Origin: Octopus sinensis
Lineage: Eukaryota
Assembly: GCF_006345805.1 (NCBI RefSeq)
Contig: NC_043024.1
Location: 16,058,001-16,122,000, forward strand
DNA length: 64,000 nt
Direction of reading: 5' to 3'
Positions 12,043 through 24,369 of this stretch are shown piece by piece. The first letter of the stretch is position 1; every line of letters begins with the position of its first letter. The notes under the pieces are model-generated. The model searched no databases, had not been told where the DNA came from, and saw nothing but the letters and a program-made list of their open reading frames with translations. The position numbers were made by a program, and so were the translations under genes.

Positions 12043-12557
12043 CTAGCAGCATAGCCCGGCATTACCCGGGTATGTAAGAGCCCCTGGAGCAGACATGATG
12101 CTTGCTGTGAATTTTTTAAAAATTCCTGCCAATTTATGAAAGATACTGTCGAAAATATGTCATCTTGAATTTGAACGCGATTTCCCAAAATGGCATGATT
12201 TTATCGATTTTTTCTGATGGTAAGGTATTGCATGGAAAACTAATGTCAGAATTAAGTTTCTTAGGGTAACATTAAGCTTCACCATGAGTTTGGTGAAAAT
12301 CGATTGCAAGTTGCGAAAACTACAACAGAAAATGTGTTGCAAATAAAAAGCTTAGATTCTCGACCCCATGTCGAATTTATCGATTTTTTTCAGAACTGGG
12401 GAGACTTTTCAAAATTTTCGCTGCGTTAGTTTTGAATTATGACATTGGGCTATGTGTGTGTCAAGTTTCATCAGAATCGGTTGAAAGCCGTGGTTAGGGT
12501 GAGGGTACAACCTGACAGACACACAGACAGACAAACTGCCGTTTATATATCTATATA
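12043..12557 (-). mobile_element. Non-autonomous Helitron-like element
   Basis: CTAG 3' end preceded by a CCCGG-N6-CCGGG hairpin; (CAGA)n and TTTATATAT at the other end. Confidence 0.6.
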
Positions 12558-12690
12558 TCAAGTGATCGACCAGACTATCAGATGCTGTTATACATCACTG
12601 GTCCTGATGCACTTTGCATCGTTTTACCTTTCGAATGATGTGACTCTGCTGACCAGGCGAGCAGGCCAACATATAAAGTTTTGTCATATA

Positions 12691-13926
12691 CAAGGTGGTA
12701 TCAAGAAGTTCCTGGACTTATTCTGTTGAGCATCAATAGATGGCAGCACATGGTTGCATGCTCAATAAGAGCGAGCAGTGACCTTGACGAGGCAGTGTGC
12801 CAAGTTGTGAAATTTGTGTTTTTTACGATCATGTGCATACTGTGGTCTGCAATTTTTGTCTTGGACAGGAAGTTGGAAGAAAGAGCCAACATGAAACTTG
12901 GTGTTAAACTTGGGAAGACTGCTGCAAAGACATTGAGCATGCTTCAGCAATATTACAGAGATGATGCAATGGGTTGTATGCAATGTTTTGAGGGGCATGA
13001 GAGCTTCAAAAGTAGAAAAACGTCCCTGGAAGACGATGAGTGATCTGGAAGACCTGCCATGAGTGTCAGTCCTGAAAATGTGGTATTGTGCACCGAGAAT
13101 TCATCCTCCAGGGCCAGACTGGAGTTCTACTGCGATGTTTTGAAGTATTTGAGGGAGGACATTTAGCAAAAGGAACCGGATCTGTGGAGCACGAAGAATT
13201 AGATTCTTCGTGATGACAATGCACCCTGTCACCAAGCTCTCCTCACTCGTGAATTTCTCACCAAAAGCAACATGGTAACACTTCCACATCCACCCTATTC
13301 ACCGGATTTATCTCCTGCAGCTTCCATCTCTTCCCTATATGAAAATGCATCTCAAACCATCATCATCATCATCATCGTTTAATGTCCACTTTCCATGCTA
13401 GCATAGCTGCACCAGGTTCCAATCTGATCTGACAGAGTTTCTACAGCTGGATGCCCTTCCTAACGCTAACCACTCCGAGAGTGTAGTGGGTGCTTTTACT
13501 TGCCACCAGCACGAGGGCGAGTCAGGCGGCACTGGCAACGGCCACGCTCAAATGGTATTTTTTACATGCCACCTGCACAGGAGCCAGTCCAGCAGCACTG
13601 GCAACAACCTCGCTCAAATGTTTTTTCACATGCTACCAGCACAAGTGCCAGTAAGGCGACACTGGTAACGATCACGCTTGAATGGTGCTCTTTACGTGCC
13701 ACCGACATGGAAGCCAGTTGGCTGCTTTGGTCATTGTTTTTACACTGTTGTTGAGATCCAGAACGAATTGCAGGTCCTCGACTTGCTTACGGAAGACAAC
13801 TTCCAGGCCAGATTCCAAAAGTGGGACCGGTGTATTGGTGCACAATTTTGAAGGAGATGATGTTAAAATTTAGGTAAATAAGTTATTTCTTGTTAATATA
13901 AGAAGTCCGGGAATATTTTGTTTACG
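12691..13926 (+). mobile_element. Degenerate mariner transposon interrupted by a LINE 3'UTR insertion
   Basis: TA-flanked TIR-like ends (AAGTTCCTGGACT / AGTCCGGGAATATTT). Transposase remnants KLGKTAAKTLSMLQQ...SLEDDE, HDDNAPCH, HPPYSPDLSP...FHLF, KMHLK/GHCFYTVVEIQ. Confidence 0.88.
13358..13731 (-). mobile_element. RTE LINE 3'UTR-only copy with four ~65-bp sub-repeats, nested in the mariner
   Basis: (CAT)n tail and homology to 7272-7530; splits the transposase between ...CTCAAA and GGTCATTG.... Confidence 0.85.
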
Positions 13927-14378
13927 TATATTTTTATTGATTTTCATGTTAAATATTTCGAATCGATTGGTTGTTGTAATTGTTTTTGTCATTGCTGTCC
14001 ATGTTGGTGGATCAATAATCAATATCCTTCACGGTCCATGTTGGTGGATCAATAATCAATATCCTTCACGATCTGCTATAAGTAGCAGTTCAACAGAACC
14101 ATTGTTTTCAACACACACTGTACCTTCTTTTACAAAGAGTTAGAGGACGTAGTAGAGGGGGTACCATGCATTTTAGAAAAAATATGCAGTGGTCACAGCT
14201 GGAATGGATTTACTCTGTCAATTTGTTATTTTCTTTAACTCTGACTCATAAATGTTGTTTAACTCGTGTGTGTGTGTGTGTGTGTCTTGTGTCTCGGGTG
14301 TGGTTAGTTCAGGTTGACTTGCTACAGCTCCGTTTACGAATGCCACATAATAGGATTATAATCAAACGTCGTGTGTCT

Positions 14379-14379
<1 letters not shown>

Positions 14380-14469
<90 letters not shown>

Positions 14470-14503
14470 ATAAATATATATATATATTATATATATATGT
14501 ATG

Positions 14504-14558
<55 letters not shown>

Positions 14559-14675
14559 ATAAATATATATATATATATATGTATGTATATAAATATATAT
14601 ATATATATGTATGTATATAAATATATATATATGTATGTATATAAATATATATATATATATGTATGTATGTATATA

Positions 14676-14723
<48 letters not shown>
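14380..14723. repeat. (TA)n/(TATG)n compound microsatellite
   Basis: Direct inspection. Confidence 0.95.
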
Positions 14724-14726
<3 letters not shown>

Positions 14727-15325
14727 TGCAGGAGTGGCTGTGCGATAAGAAGTTTGCTTGCCAACCACATGGTTCCAAGTTCAGTGACACTTGGGTAAGT
14801 GTCTTCTATAGCCTCAAGCCAACCAAAGCCTTGTGATTGGATTTGGTAGACAGAAACTGAAAGAAGCCCGTCGTATATATGTATATATATATAGGAAACC
14901 AAAAGTGTATGCACACTGTTATATGTATATATATAAAAAAAAAGCAAATATGGAACAAGAATGTAATAAATGACAACAAAACATCCAGACAGTTAGACAA
15001 TACAAAAAAAAACACCGGAAAAAACAAAGAACAGGTCATTCAGAACTTTCTATCGTCAGTCTAGTTCCTGATCATCATTGCAGTTTTGGCCAGTTACACT
15101 CAAGACTTCTCTAATCTGGGTGGCCCCCAAGAAAATCTAAGCTAAGAGCACTAGATTCTTTGGAAGAAAGCAAATGAATGTATATGTAAACAAGGACAAA
15201 ACAAAAACAGGGAAATGATACACAATTATAAATACAAACAAGACATTAATAACACACACACACACACACACACCATCGCTTGACAACCGATGTTGGTGTG
15301 TTTACATACCCGTAATTTAGCAGGG
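14724..15325 (+). mobile_element. SINE family A split at its internal microsatellite by an unrelated ~370-bp insert (14890-15255)
   Basis: 5' half at 14724-14878; 3' half begins CCATCGCTTGACAACCGATG at about 15273. Confidence 0.7.
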
Positions 15326-15502
15326 TCCTTTCTCTGTGTTAACTTGTCCTGTTTTCCATTTTTGTCTCATTCTTTACATATTTCACTTGTTTATCCCTTG
15401 TTTGTTTATGTATTTCATGTTATTTGCACCGTTGGTGACGTCCTGTACCCATATATGCATGTTTATACTTAACATACGTACATACATACACACATACACA
15501 CA

Positions 15503-15534
<32 letters not shown>

Positions 15535-15582
15535 CATACATACATATATATATATATGTATATATATGTATATATATGTATA

Positions 15583-15623
<41 letters not shown>

Positions 15624-15780
15624 TAGAGATAAAACCACTATTAGGCAAATCAGTGAAAAACATAAACCAAAACATAAAAATAATTAGTATAAAATATATA
15701 TATGTGTGTGTATATACATATATGTATATATATGTATACATGTATATATGTATATGTATATATATATATGTATATGTGTA

Positions 15781-15812
<32 letters not shown>

Positions 15813-16041
15813 ATTTTAATCCAAACGGGAAAACAGAAAAAACAACAACACGTGGAACAATTACAGTATTATTATTAATAGGAGCTCAGGAAAAGATGGA
15901 AGCATATACATATGTATATATATATACATATATGTATATATATGTATATGTATATGTATATATATATATGTATATATACAATATATACGTATATGTATAT
16001 ATATAATATGTATATGTATATATATATATAATATATATTAT

Positions 16042-16089
<48 letters not shown>

Positions 16090-16111
16090 ATTATATATAT
16101 ATATATATATC

Positions 16112-16240
16112 AACACTATGACGAACCTTTGTTCTAAGCCACCTGGACTACTTCTCCCAGTTATGGTCACCACATAGTACCTAACTAACAGTGGAGTTTG
16201 AAGCAGTCCAACGCCACTACACTAAAAAGATTATATAGTT
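16112..16240 (+). mobile_element. CR1-type LINE fragment ([17 protein letters not shown]...[10 protein letters not shown])
   Basis: Frame with stops matches the post-RT region of CR1-type ORF2; inverted twin at 17380-17478. Confidence 0.75.
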
Positions 16241-16368
16241 ATATATATATATATATAATATATATGTATATATTTATATATGTATATACACACACATATA
16301 TACACACACATATATATATATACATATATATTTATATACACAGACATATATATGTGAATGTATATTTA

Positions 16369-16433
<65 letters not shown>

Positions 16434-16660
16434 GAAATATTAAAATTACTAAGTCTCTATAAAAGAGATTATGGCAGCGTTTACTGGAAATTAATTGTTA
16501 TCGCCATATTAATATGGCATTCTTATAGATATAAGAATAATCGCTGCCGCTGGTCAGCTCCATGAGGCCACCGCCATCAAGATAGCTATTGATACACGAT
16601 CTGTATCCATTATAACCTTCGAACAAGGGAGGTCAGCCGCTTCACACTGCCAGTCCGACA

Positions 16661-16702
16661 GCTACAGACGCGTTTCGGGGTATTGCCCCTTGTCAATGTA
16701 GC
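16661..16702 (-). ncRNA. Minimal type-I hammerhead ribozyme motif, U3:A8 core variant, structurally intact
   Basis: GCTACA-TTGACAA-GGGG-CAATA-CCCC-GAAA-CGCG-TC-TGTAGC: 6-bp stem I, 4-bp stem II, palindromic ACGCGT stem III, GUC cleavage triplet. Confidence 0.75.
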
Positions 16703-16944
16703 GCAGTCAGACCTGCAGGTGTCGCCACTGACGTCTCTGTTCGAAGGTTTCTATTTACCTAGTTTCAGGTATTAATATGGCGATAACAATTAATTTCCAG
16801 TAAACGCTGCCGTAATCTCTTTTATAGAGACTTAGTAATTTTAATATTTCTATTATTGAAAACAAGTGGATGTATTCCACTGAAACTAGGTAAATAGAAA
16901 CCTTCGAACAGAGACGTCAGTGGCGACACCTGCGGTCTGACTGC

Positions 16945-16985
16945 GCTACATTGACAAGGAGCAATACCCCGAACGCGTCTGTAGC
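16945..16985 (+). ncRNA. Mirror hammerhead copy, damaged (GAAA shortened to GAA, stem II mismatch)
   Basis: GCTACA-TTGACAA-GGAG-CAATA-CCCC-GAA-CGCG-TC-TGTAGC. Confidence 0.55.
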
Positions 16986-17289
16986 TGTCGGACTGGCAGT
17001 GTGAAGCGGCTGACCTCCCTTGTTCGAAGGTTATAATGGATACAGATCGTGTATCAATAGCTATCTTGATGGCGGTGGCCTCATGGAGCTGACCAGCGGC
17101 AGCGATTATTCTTATATCTATAAGAATGCCATATTAATATGGCGATAACAATATATATATATTATATATATATATATATTATATATATATATATATATAT
17201 ATGTATATTATATATATACATACACATATATATATCTGTGTATATAAATATATATGTATATATATATGTGTGTGTATATACATATATAA

Positions 17290-17340
<51 letters not shown>

Positions 17341-17379
17341 TATATATATATATATAATATATATAGATATATATATAAA

Positions 17380-17730
17380 TATATAATCTTTTTAGTGTAG
17401 TGGCATTGGACTGCTTCAAGCTCCACTGTTAGTTTGGTACTAACTAGTGTGGTGACCATAACTGGGAGAAGTAGTCCATATGAAATGATGCATCATTGAG
17501 CATACTGATCTCCAAGTCTTTCACTGCATGTGACTCTGCGATTTCAGTGCCTTCAGGTCCTGTATATGTAGACTGTAGTGTATTCATGAGTTGATAGCGC
17601 TGTGCTTGAAATTTTCCAGCATTAAACTGCATGTTGTTTACTTTGGCCCACTTGTATATCATTGCCTGTGATAATCTTGTATCATCGATATAGCTAGTGA
17701 CAGTGACTGTCCGAGTATTCGTGGGCATGT
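17380..17730 (-). mobile_element. CR1-type LINE RT fragment with internal deletion
   Basis: SYIDDT...WAKVNNMQFNAGKFQ...VKDLEI.M.NDASF joined directly to [10 protein letters not shown]. Confidence 0.8.
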
Positions 17731-17734
17731 TTAA

Positions 17735-17953
17735 CCCTTAAGCATTTAATCCGGCCATATCTGGCCCAAATATTCCACCTGTTTTATGTTAAAACTGTCT
17801 GGATCCAACCTCTCACACCAACCCTACAGTGTCATTCTAAAATATATAGCCACACCATTTAAATTTTGAAGTTGCAAAATAATATGTGATTAATTCAAAA
17901 CAGTATGGATAAATAAGCAATAAATTTCACAAAGAAATCTGAATGCTAAGGGA
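17735..17953. mobile_element. piggyBac-type MITE
   Basis: TTAA-CCCTTAAGCATT ... AATGCTAAGGGA-TTAA. Confidence 0.7.
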
Positions 17954-18204
17954 TTAAGAGGGCTATTAGGAACAGTAATGGCCCCAGAACAGTTTCCTGA
18001 GGGCTTTCACTTCAATTATTGTGTATCAGTGAAAATTTATAGTTGTAGTTGTCTTCTGACTTCTACTTTTAGCATGCCAGTGCTATCTGTAGTAATCTTA
18101 ATTATTAATTGATAATTTTTTACCTCATGATATTTTCTTACACATGCTATGCCACTTGATATTATTGTAAACAATAATATCCTTTAATATATATATATAT
18201 AGAT

Positions 18205-18602
18205 AGGCGTAGGAGTGGCTGTGTGGTAAGTAGCTTGCTTACCAACCACATGGTTCCGGGTTCAGTCCCACTGCGTGGCACCTTGGGCAAGTGTCTTCTA
18301 CTATAGGTTCGGGCCGACCAAAGCCTTGTGAGTGGATTTGGTAGACGGAAACTGAAAGAAGCCTGTCGTATATATATGTATATATATGTGTGTGTGTGTG
18401 TTTGTCCCCCCAACATTGCTTGACAACCGATGCTGGTGTGTTTACGTCCCTGTAACTTAGCGATTCGGCAAAAGAGACTGATAGAATAAGTACTAGGCTT
18501 ACAAAGAATAAGTCCTGGGGTCGATTTGCTCGACTAAAAAGGTTGTGCTCCAGCGTGGCCACAGTCAAATGACTGAAACAAGTAAAAGAGTAAAGAGTAA
18601 GA
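18205..18602 (+). mobile_element. SINE family A, full length
   Basis: GGCGTAGGAGTGGCTGTGTGGTAAG head, GGTTCAGTCCC B-box-like motif, internal microsatellite, (AAGAGT)n tail. Confidence 0.9.
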
Positions 18603-18791
18603 GTATACATAGAAAGAGAAAAGATGAAAAAAACACAGAAGATTGGTTTTACAGGATTAAGAAATATATTAGTGTCAATAATAAAGATATACAATTATAT
18701 ATCCAACACCAGGACATAAACAAAAAATGAATAAAATATCAAATATTTTTGTATAAATGTAAATAAAGTAAATTCAAAATATTATGGTTAC

Positions 18792-18899
18792 CTTTCTTTA
18801 AAATGTTCTTCTGTATGATTCAAATCAGTGATTGAACAACCAAAAGGGTTCCTGGGTTTGCCTTCCATCATGTATTCGGTATACTCTGGAGTCCATAGG
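18792..18899 (-). CDS. GCLC-like: GCLC-like gene, coding exon 3 (LWTPEYTEYMMEGKPRNPFGCSITDLNHTEEHFKE)
   Basis: AAG acceptor, GTAACC donor, 108 nt, phase 2/2. Aligns to GCLC [33 protein letters not shown]. Confidence 0.92.
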
Positions 18900-19139
18900 C
18901 TTTAGTATTTTGGTTTTAAAAGAGAGAAATTTTATTTAACAAACTGAAAACAAAGCTTTTAGAAACCAATCACAATTTTCAAATGTGTGTTGAGAGATCA
19001 GGTTCAGTACAAAGTAAGCAACGTTTTGAACCATGAAGAATTTGTTCCGGATTTTTGCAGCGTTTTGAATATTTTTTTTAACATTTTTTTGAAATTGACT
19101 GATAATACACACAAAGACTTGCCCAAATGCATCAATAAA

Positions 19140-19362
19140 TTAACATTGATATTTTTTTTCACCATTGTTACAATCATCTGAAATAAAACTGTCAAAGCAC
19201 GATATTCAAGCAATTTTGCTATTCAACTTCAAAAAAAGATGTAAAGCAGCTGAAACTGCTTGCGATATCAATGAAATGTTTGGTGAGGAAATGACCAGTG
19301 AGGGGTCAGCTCAAATTCACAACGGAGACCTGATCCTTGAAGATCGCAAGCGTAGTGGAGGC
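19140..19362 (+). mobile_element. Mariner transposase N-terminal remnant
   Basis: AILLFNFKKRCKAAETACDINEMFGE...NGDLILEDRKRSG resembles the mariner helix-turn-helix region. Confidence 0.75.
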
Positions 19363-20011
19363 TAAGCATTTTGCCCAGCATGCTAACGTTTCTGCCAACT
19401 CACCACCTTAATAGCCTTATTATAATGGCTACTAATTGAGGCAGAAAACCAGCAGTTTTGAAGGGAGGAGATTAGTTGATATCATCAGACTCAGTATATA
19501 ACTGGTACTTTATTGACCTCAAAAGGGTGAAAAGCAGCGCTGACCTCCATAATGTAAAGAGTTGAAACACATGAAGTATTTTTTCCAATGTTTTAACGAT
19601 GCTGCCAACTCCCTGAATATACAATGAATTCTAATTTAAGCACAAGGTCAGCAATTTAAGAGGTGGGAGTTATTTGATACCAGAACTTGATTGGTAATTT
19701 ATTATATCGACCCCTGGAGGGATAAGAGGTAAAGTTGACCTCAGCAGGAGTTGACCTCAGACTGAATCTTTTAATATAATACAGATAACTGTATGGCTGA
19801 AGCAACTACTAAGATGACATTCCATGTTTGAACCCTATTAAACATTAAACCCAACGAGCTGAGACAGAAAAGAAAAACAGGTTCCAATGACGTGAGTCAA
19901 ACTACACATCTTTCTCTCTCTCTCACTCTCTCACTCTCTCTTTCTTGTCCTCTCTTACCCTCTCTCAGCCTCTGTCTCTTTCTATTCCCAAATTATTGTT
20001 TAGAATAACTT

Positions 20012-20690
<679 letters not shown>

Positions 20691-20729
20691 AAGGATTATA
20701 GAAAAATTGGTCCACAGAATTAAACTCAC

Positions 20730-20836
20730 CTTGATTCTGATCCCTTCACTTCTGGAGATTCAAGTAAGGACATGGAATTCAACAGTAACTGGACAACTCG
20801 TTTTTCATGGTCAAATCGTATTAACGAATATTCAAT
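20730..20836 (-). CDS. GCLC-like: GCLC-like gene, coding exon 2 (IEYSLIRFDHEKRVVQLLLNSMSLLESPEVKGSES)
   Basis: TTTTTTAG acceptor, GTGAGT donor, 107 nt. Aligns to GCLC VEYMLVSFDHENKKVRLVL. Confidence 0.93.
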
Positions 20837-21039
20837 CTAAAAAAGATATCAAACCAGTTATTTCTAAATATCAATTAAATCAGACGTGCTAAACACATTT
20901 GACTTTTCAGCCCGGATATAGACAATTATTTCTTAAAAACCACATTCATTATGTAGATCAGAGTAAGTAGATAAATTGGTGTGCAGAGATGTATGTGAAA
21001 AACTAACCCACATTATGTATGGGTGTATGTATGTATAGA

Positions 21040-21043
21040 CAGG

Positions 21044-21105
<62 letters not shown>

Positions 21106-21143
21106 TCTAGATAGATAGATAGATAGATAGATAGGTAGGTAGG

Positions 21144-21184
<41 letters not shown>

Positions 21185-21195
21185 GGATAGTTATT

Positions 21196-21226
<31 letters not shown>

Positions 21227-21247
21227 GGATAGTTATTGATAGATAGA

Positions 21248-21279
<32 letters not shown>

Positions 21280-21492
21280 GACAGATAGGTAGGTAGGTAG
21301 GTAGATAGATAGATAGTTAGACAGACAGACAGACTGACTGACAGACAGACAGACAGATAGGTAGGTAGGTAGGTAGGTAGGTAGGTAGGTAGATAGACAG
21401 ACAGGCAGACAGATAGATAGGTAGACAGACAGACAGACAGACAGATAAATAGATAGCTAGGTTGGTAGGTAGGTAATTAGATAGATAGATAT
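21040..21492. repeat. (GATA)n/(GACA)n/(GGTA)n compound tetranucleotide microsatellite
   Basis: Direct inspection. Confidence 0.95.
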
Positions 21493-21890
21493 CATCAGCA
21501 AATCATAAGTCCAAAAGACAAGTTACAAAGCAATAATAGAGTAATTAGATAAAGATAGTTATGACCAGTCTATGGGCTCTGTCCTAGGTTTCACATCCAC
21601 GAAGAGCTTAGCTTTACGGTGTTACTTCAGACCCTGGCCATTAGGATCTGAAGAAACACCATAAAGCTAAGTGCTTTATGGACATGAAACCCAGGGTAAG
21701 CCCATGACTATCTTTATCCAATTTTGTGTGTGTGTGTGTGTGATTATTCAGTTTTATTTCAAGATTTCTTGCCATAAGAGAAAGAGCCGGTTTCTAACCT
21801 AGATCCAAGGTTCTTTTATTGGAATTTCTAATAATAGACCTGCTCGTTGTTCCTACACCTGTGTTCGTCTTTTGTTTTTTGTATTTAAAT

Positions 21891-21894
<4 letters not shown>

Positions 21895-21947
<53 letters not shown>

Positions 21948-22341
21948 GCACACGAGCAAGGGGCTGAAATGTTCCTGGCTTTGGGGGTCAAGGAAAATAC
22001 AAGAGGATCAGTTAATTATCAATTTATTCAACTTTCTGTCTCAGATTCATATAAATGTAATATGTGACAATTATTCGGTAGCCAAGATAAAACTCCAAGT
22101 TTTGGATGCCGAGGTGGAAATCCATGCCACCATCTCTTCAGTTATCCAGCCATTATACAAATGACCATTATACAAAGGGAAATTACTATGTTATTGACCG
22201 CTATTATGACAAAAGAGCTATTCGAATGACCACAAAGTAAGGCCCGTGGGTAAAAAGTTCATAGTATTCACGTAAGCACGCCTGTTCATACCTACACATG
22301 TGCGCCCGCACACCCACATATACATATACATATATATATAT

Positions 22342-22378
<37 letters not shown>

Positions 22379-22768
22379 CTGCACACGAGCAAGGGGCTGA
22401 AATGTTCCTGGCTTTGGGGGTCAAGGAAAATACAAGAGGATCAGTTAATTATCAATTTATTCAACTTTCTGTCTCAGATTCATATAAATGTAATATGTGA
22501 CAATTATTCGGTAGCCAAGATAAAACTCCAAGTTTTGGATGCCGAGGTGGAAATCCATGCCACCATCTCTTCAGTTATCCAGCCATTATACAAATGACCA
22601 TTATACAAAGGGAAATTACTATGTTATTGACCGCTATTATGACAAAAGAGCTATTCGAATGACCACAAAGTAAGGCCCGTGGGTAAAAAGTTCATAGTAT
22701 TCACGTAAGCACGCCTGTTCATACCTACACATGTGCGCCCGCACACCCACATATACATATACATATAT

Positions 22769-22805
<37 letters not shown>

Positions 22806-23189
22806 CTGCACACGAGCAAGGGGCTGAAATGTTCCTGGCTTTGGGGGTCAAGGAAAATACAAGAGGATCAGTTAATTATCAATTTATTCAACTTTCTGTC
22901 TCAGATTCATATAAATGTAATATGTGACAATTATTCGGTAGCCAAGATAAAACTCCAAGTTTTGGATGCCGAGGTGGAAATCCATGCCACCATCTCTTCA
23001 GTTATCCAGCCATTATACAAATGACCATTATACAAAGGGAAATTACTATGTTATTGACCGCTATTATGACAAAAGAGCTATTCGAATGACCACAAAGTAA
23101 GGCCCGTGGGTAAAAAGTTCATAGTATTCACGTAAGCACGCCTGTTCATACCTACACATGTGCGCCCGCACACCCACATATACATATAC

Positions 23190-23222
<33 letters not shown>

Positions 23223-23225
23223 ATA
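21895..23225. repeat. Three near-identical tandem copies of a ~430-bp unit joined at (TA)n tracts
   Basis: TCTGCACACGAGCAAGGGG recurs at about 21945, 22379 and 22806; matching ORFs in the track are offset by 433 and 427 nt. Confidence 0.93.
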
Positions 23226-23244
23226 TACATATATATACATACAC

Positions 23245-23406
23245 CACTTGAAGCAGGGATGGTAAAGAACTTCGTGATTCACAAGGAATTCTGCAAAGGT
23301 AGCAAGAACACTTTGATGAACTTTTGAATCAGCAGTCTGTAGTTAGTGAGGATGTTCTCAATCTCATCCCTGGATTACCCATGAAGGCAGCACTTGCAGA
23401 GCCACC
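23245..23406 (+). mobile_element. RTE LINE fragment duplicating 24921-25083
   Basis: SRDGKEL..DSQGIL...QEHFDELLNQQSVVSEDVLNLIPGLPMKAALAEPP; roughly 90 percent identical by eye. Confidence 0.85.
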
Positions 23407-23441
23407 ATGTATGTATGTATATATTTATATATGAATGTATG

Positions 23442-23472
<31 letters not shown>

Positions 23473-23674
23473 GTATGTATGTATTAGCACAACAAGCTTC
23501 CACACAATTTCTGTATCTACCAAGTTCACTCCACCCGCAAAGCACCGGTCGATCTGAGGCTAAAGTAGAGAATACTTACCCAATGTGCCATGCTGTGGGA
23601 CTGCTATTTCGTAGCATGCCAGTGGCTATATAAATTTTCAACAAAATCGGGAAAGCTACATGTCAAGAACTCAC

Positions 23675-23824
23675 CTCGTCGCCCCAATAAAACGGAAAAT
23701 TTTTGGGGTCCTTATATTTGTTATACTGATGAACAAACTGCCTTCTTGCTTGTTTTTTGATATGTGGAATATAGGGTTTAATCTCTTCCCATTTCATTAG
23801 GGTACCATCTGTAACAAAGGCCAT
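23675..23824 (-). CDS. GCLC-like: GCLC-like gene, first coding exon (MAFVTDGTLMKWEEIKPYIPHIKKQARRQFVHQYNKYKDPKNFPFYWGDE); exon extends as 5'UTR to an acceptor at 23890
   Basis: ATG in AAAATGG context, 50 codons ending WGDE, GTGAGT donor; strong TTTCTATTTACAG acceptor 66 nt upstream of the ATG. Confidence 0.94.
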
Positions 23825-24031
23825 TTTTATTTTGACTGACAAACGTTTCTTTCAGTCAGTTTAACTCTGATCTTCTCTTTTCAGTAAGGACTGTAAATAG
23901 AAATGAAAGAAAATGGGAAACTTTAACGTGCAAAACCTTTCTCAACCATTTTTTACCTATCGACCCCTTTGATTACTATTTTATTCTGGTGGACCCCCAT
24001 AGTCATTTGATGTTTAAAAACTAGTCTTATA

Positions 24032-24115
24032 TTGGGTTGTCCAGAAAGTTCGTGCCAATTTATAGTAGCTTAACTTTTGACTTATTTTAGAACATGGTTG
24101 AGTCCATAAAATATG
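24032..24115 (+). mobile_element. Solo left end of the mariner family at 35387-35952
   Basis: TA-TTGGGTTGTCCAGAAAGTTCGTGCCAAT plus subterminal sequence matching the reverse complement of 35870-35952. Confidence 0.8.
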
Positions 24116-24369
24116 TAAATCGATCCACAGACACATACATGTGTATATACGTACATACATACGCAGATACTTACCTACATACACATACATGTATACTTAC
24201 ACATACATACACATACACACAGGCATATGTATATTCAAATAAACACATGTACACACACATATATGCATATACACACATACATATATACATAAATACATAC
24301 ATACATAAATACATACATACATTATGGCTGCCCCCTCGTTATCAAGTATGGCCATTGCACGAAGCTTAA

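Larger units (their letters stand above)
16429..17150. mobile_element. Penelope-like pseudo-LTR pair in inverted orientation, embedded in (TA)n
   Basis: 16494-16775 is the reverse complement of 16872-17150, and 16429-16515 is the reverse complement of 16770-16856; each long arm contains a hammerhead motif. Confidence 0.7.

Noticed and set aside
14381-16431. IY/YI/TH-rich ORFs here and at 6012-6434, 17139-17459, 26238-26780 and 30244-32139
   Set aside because: Translations of (TA)n, (TACA)n and (CA)n microsatellites.
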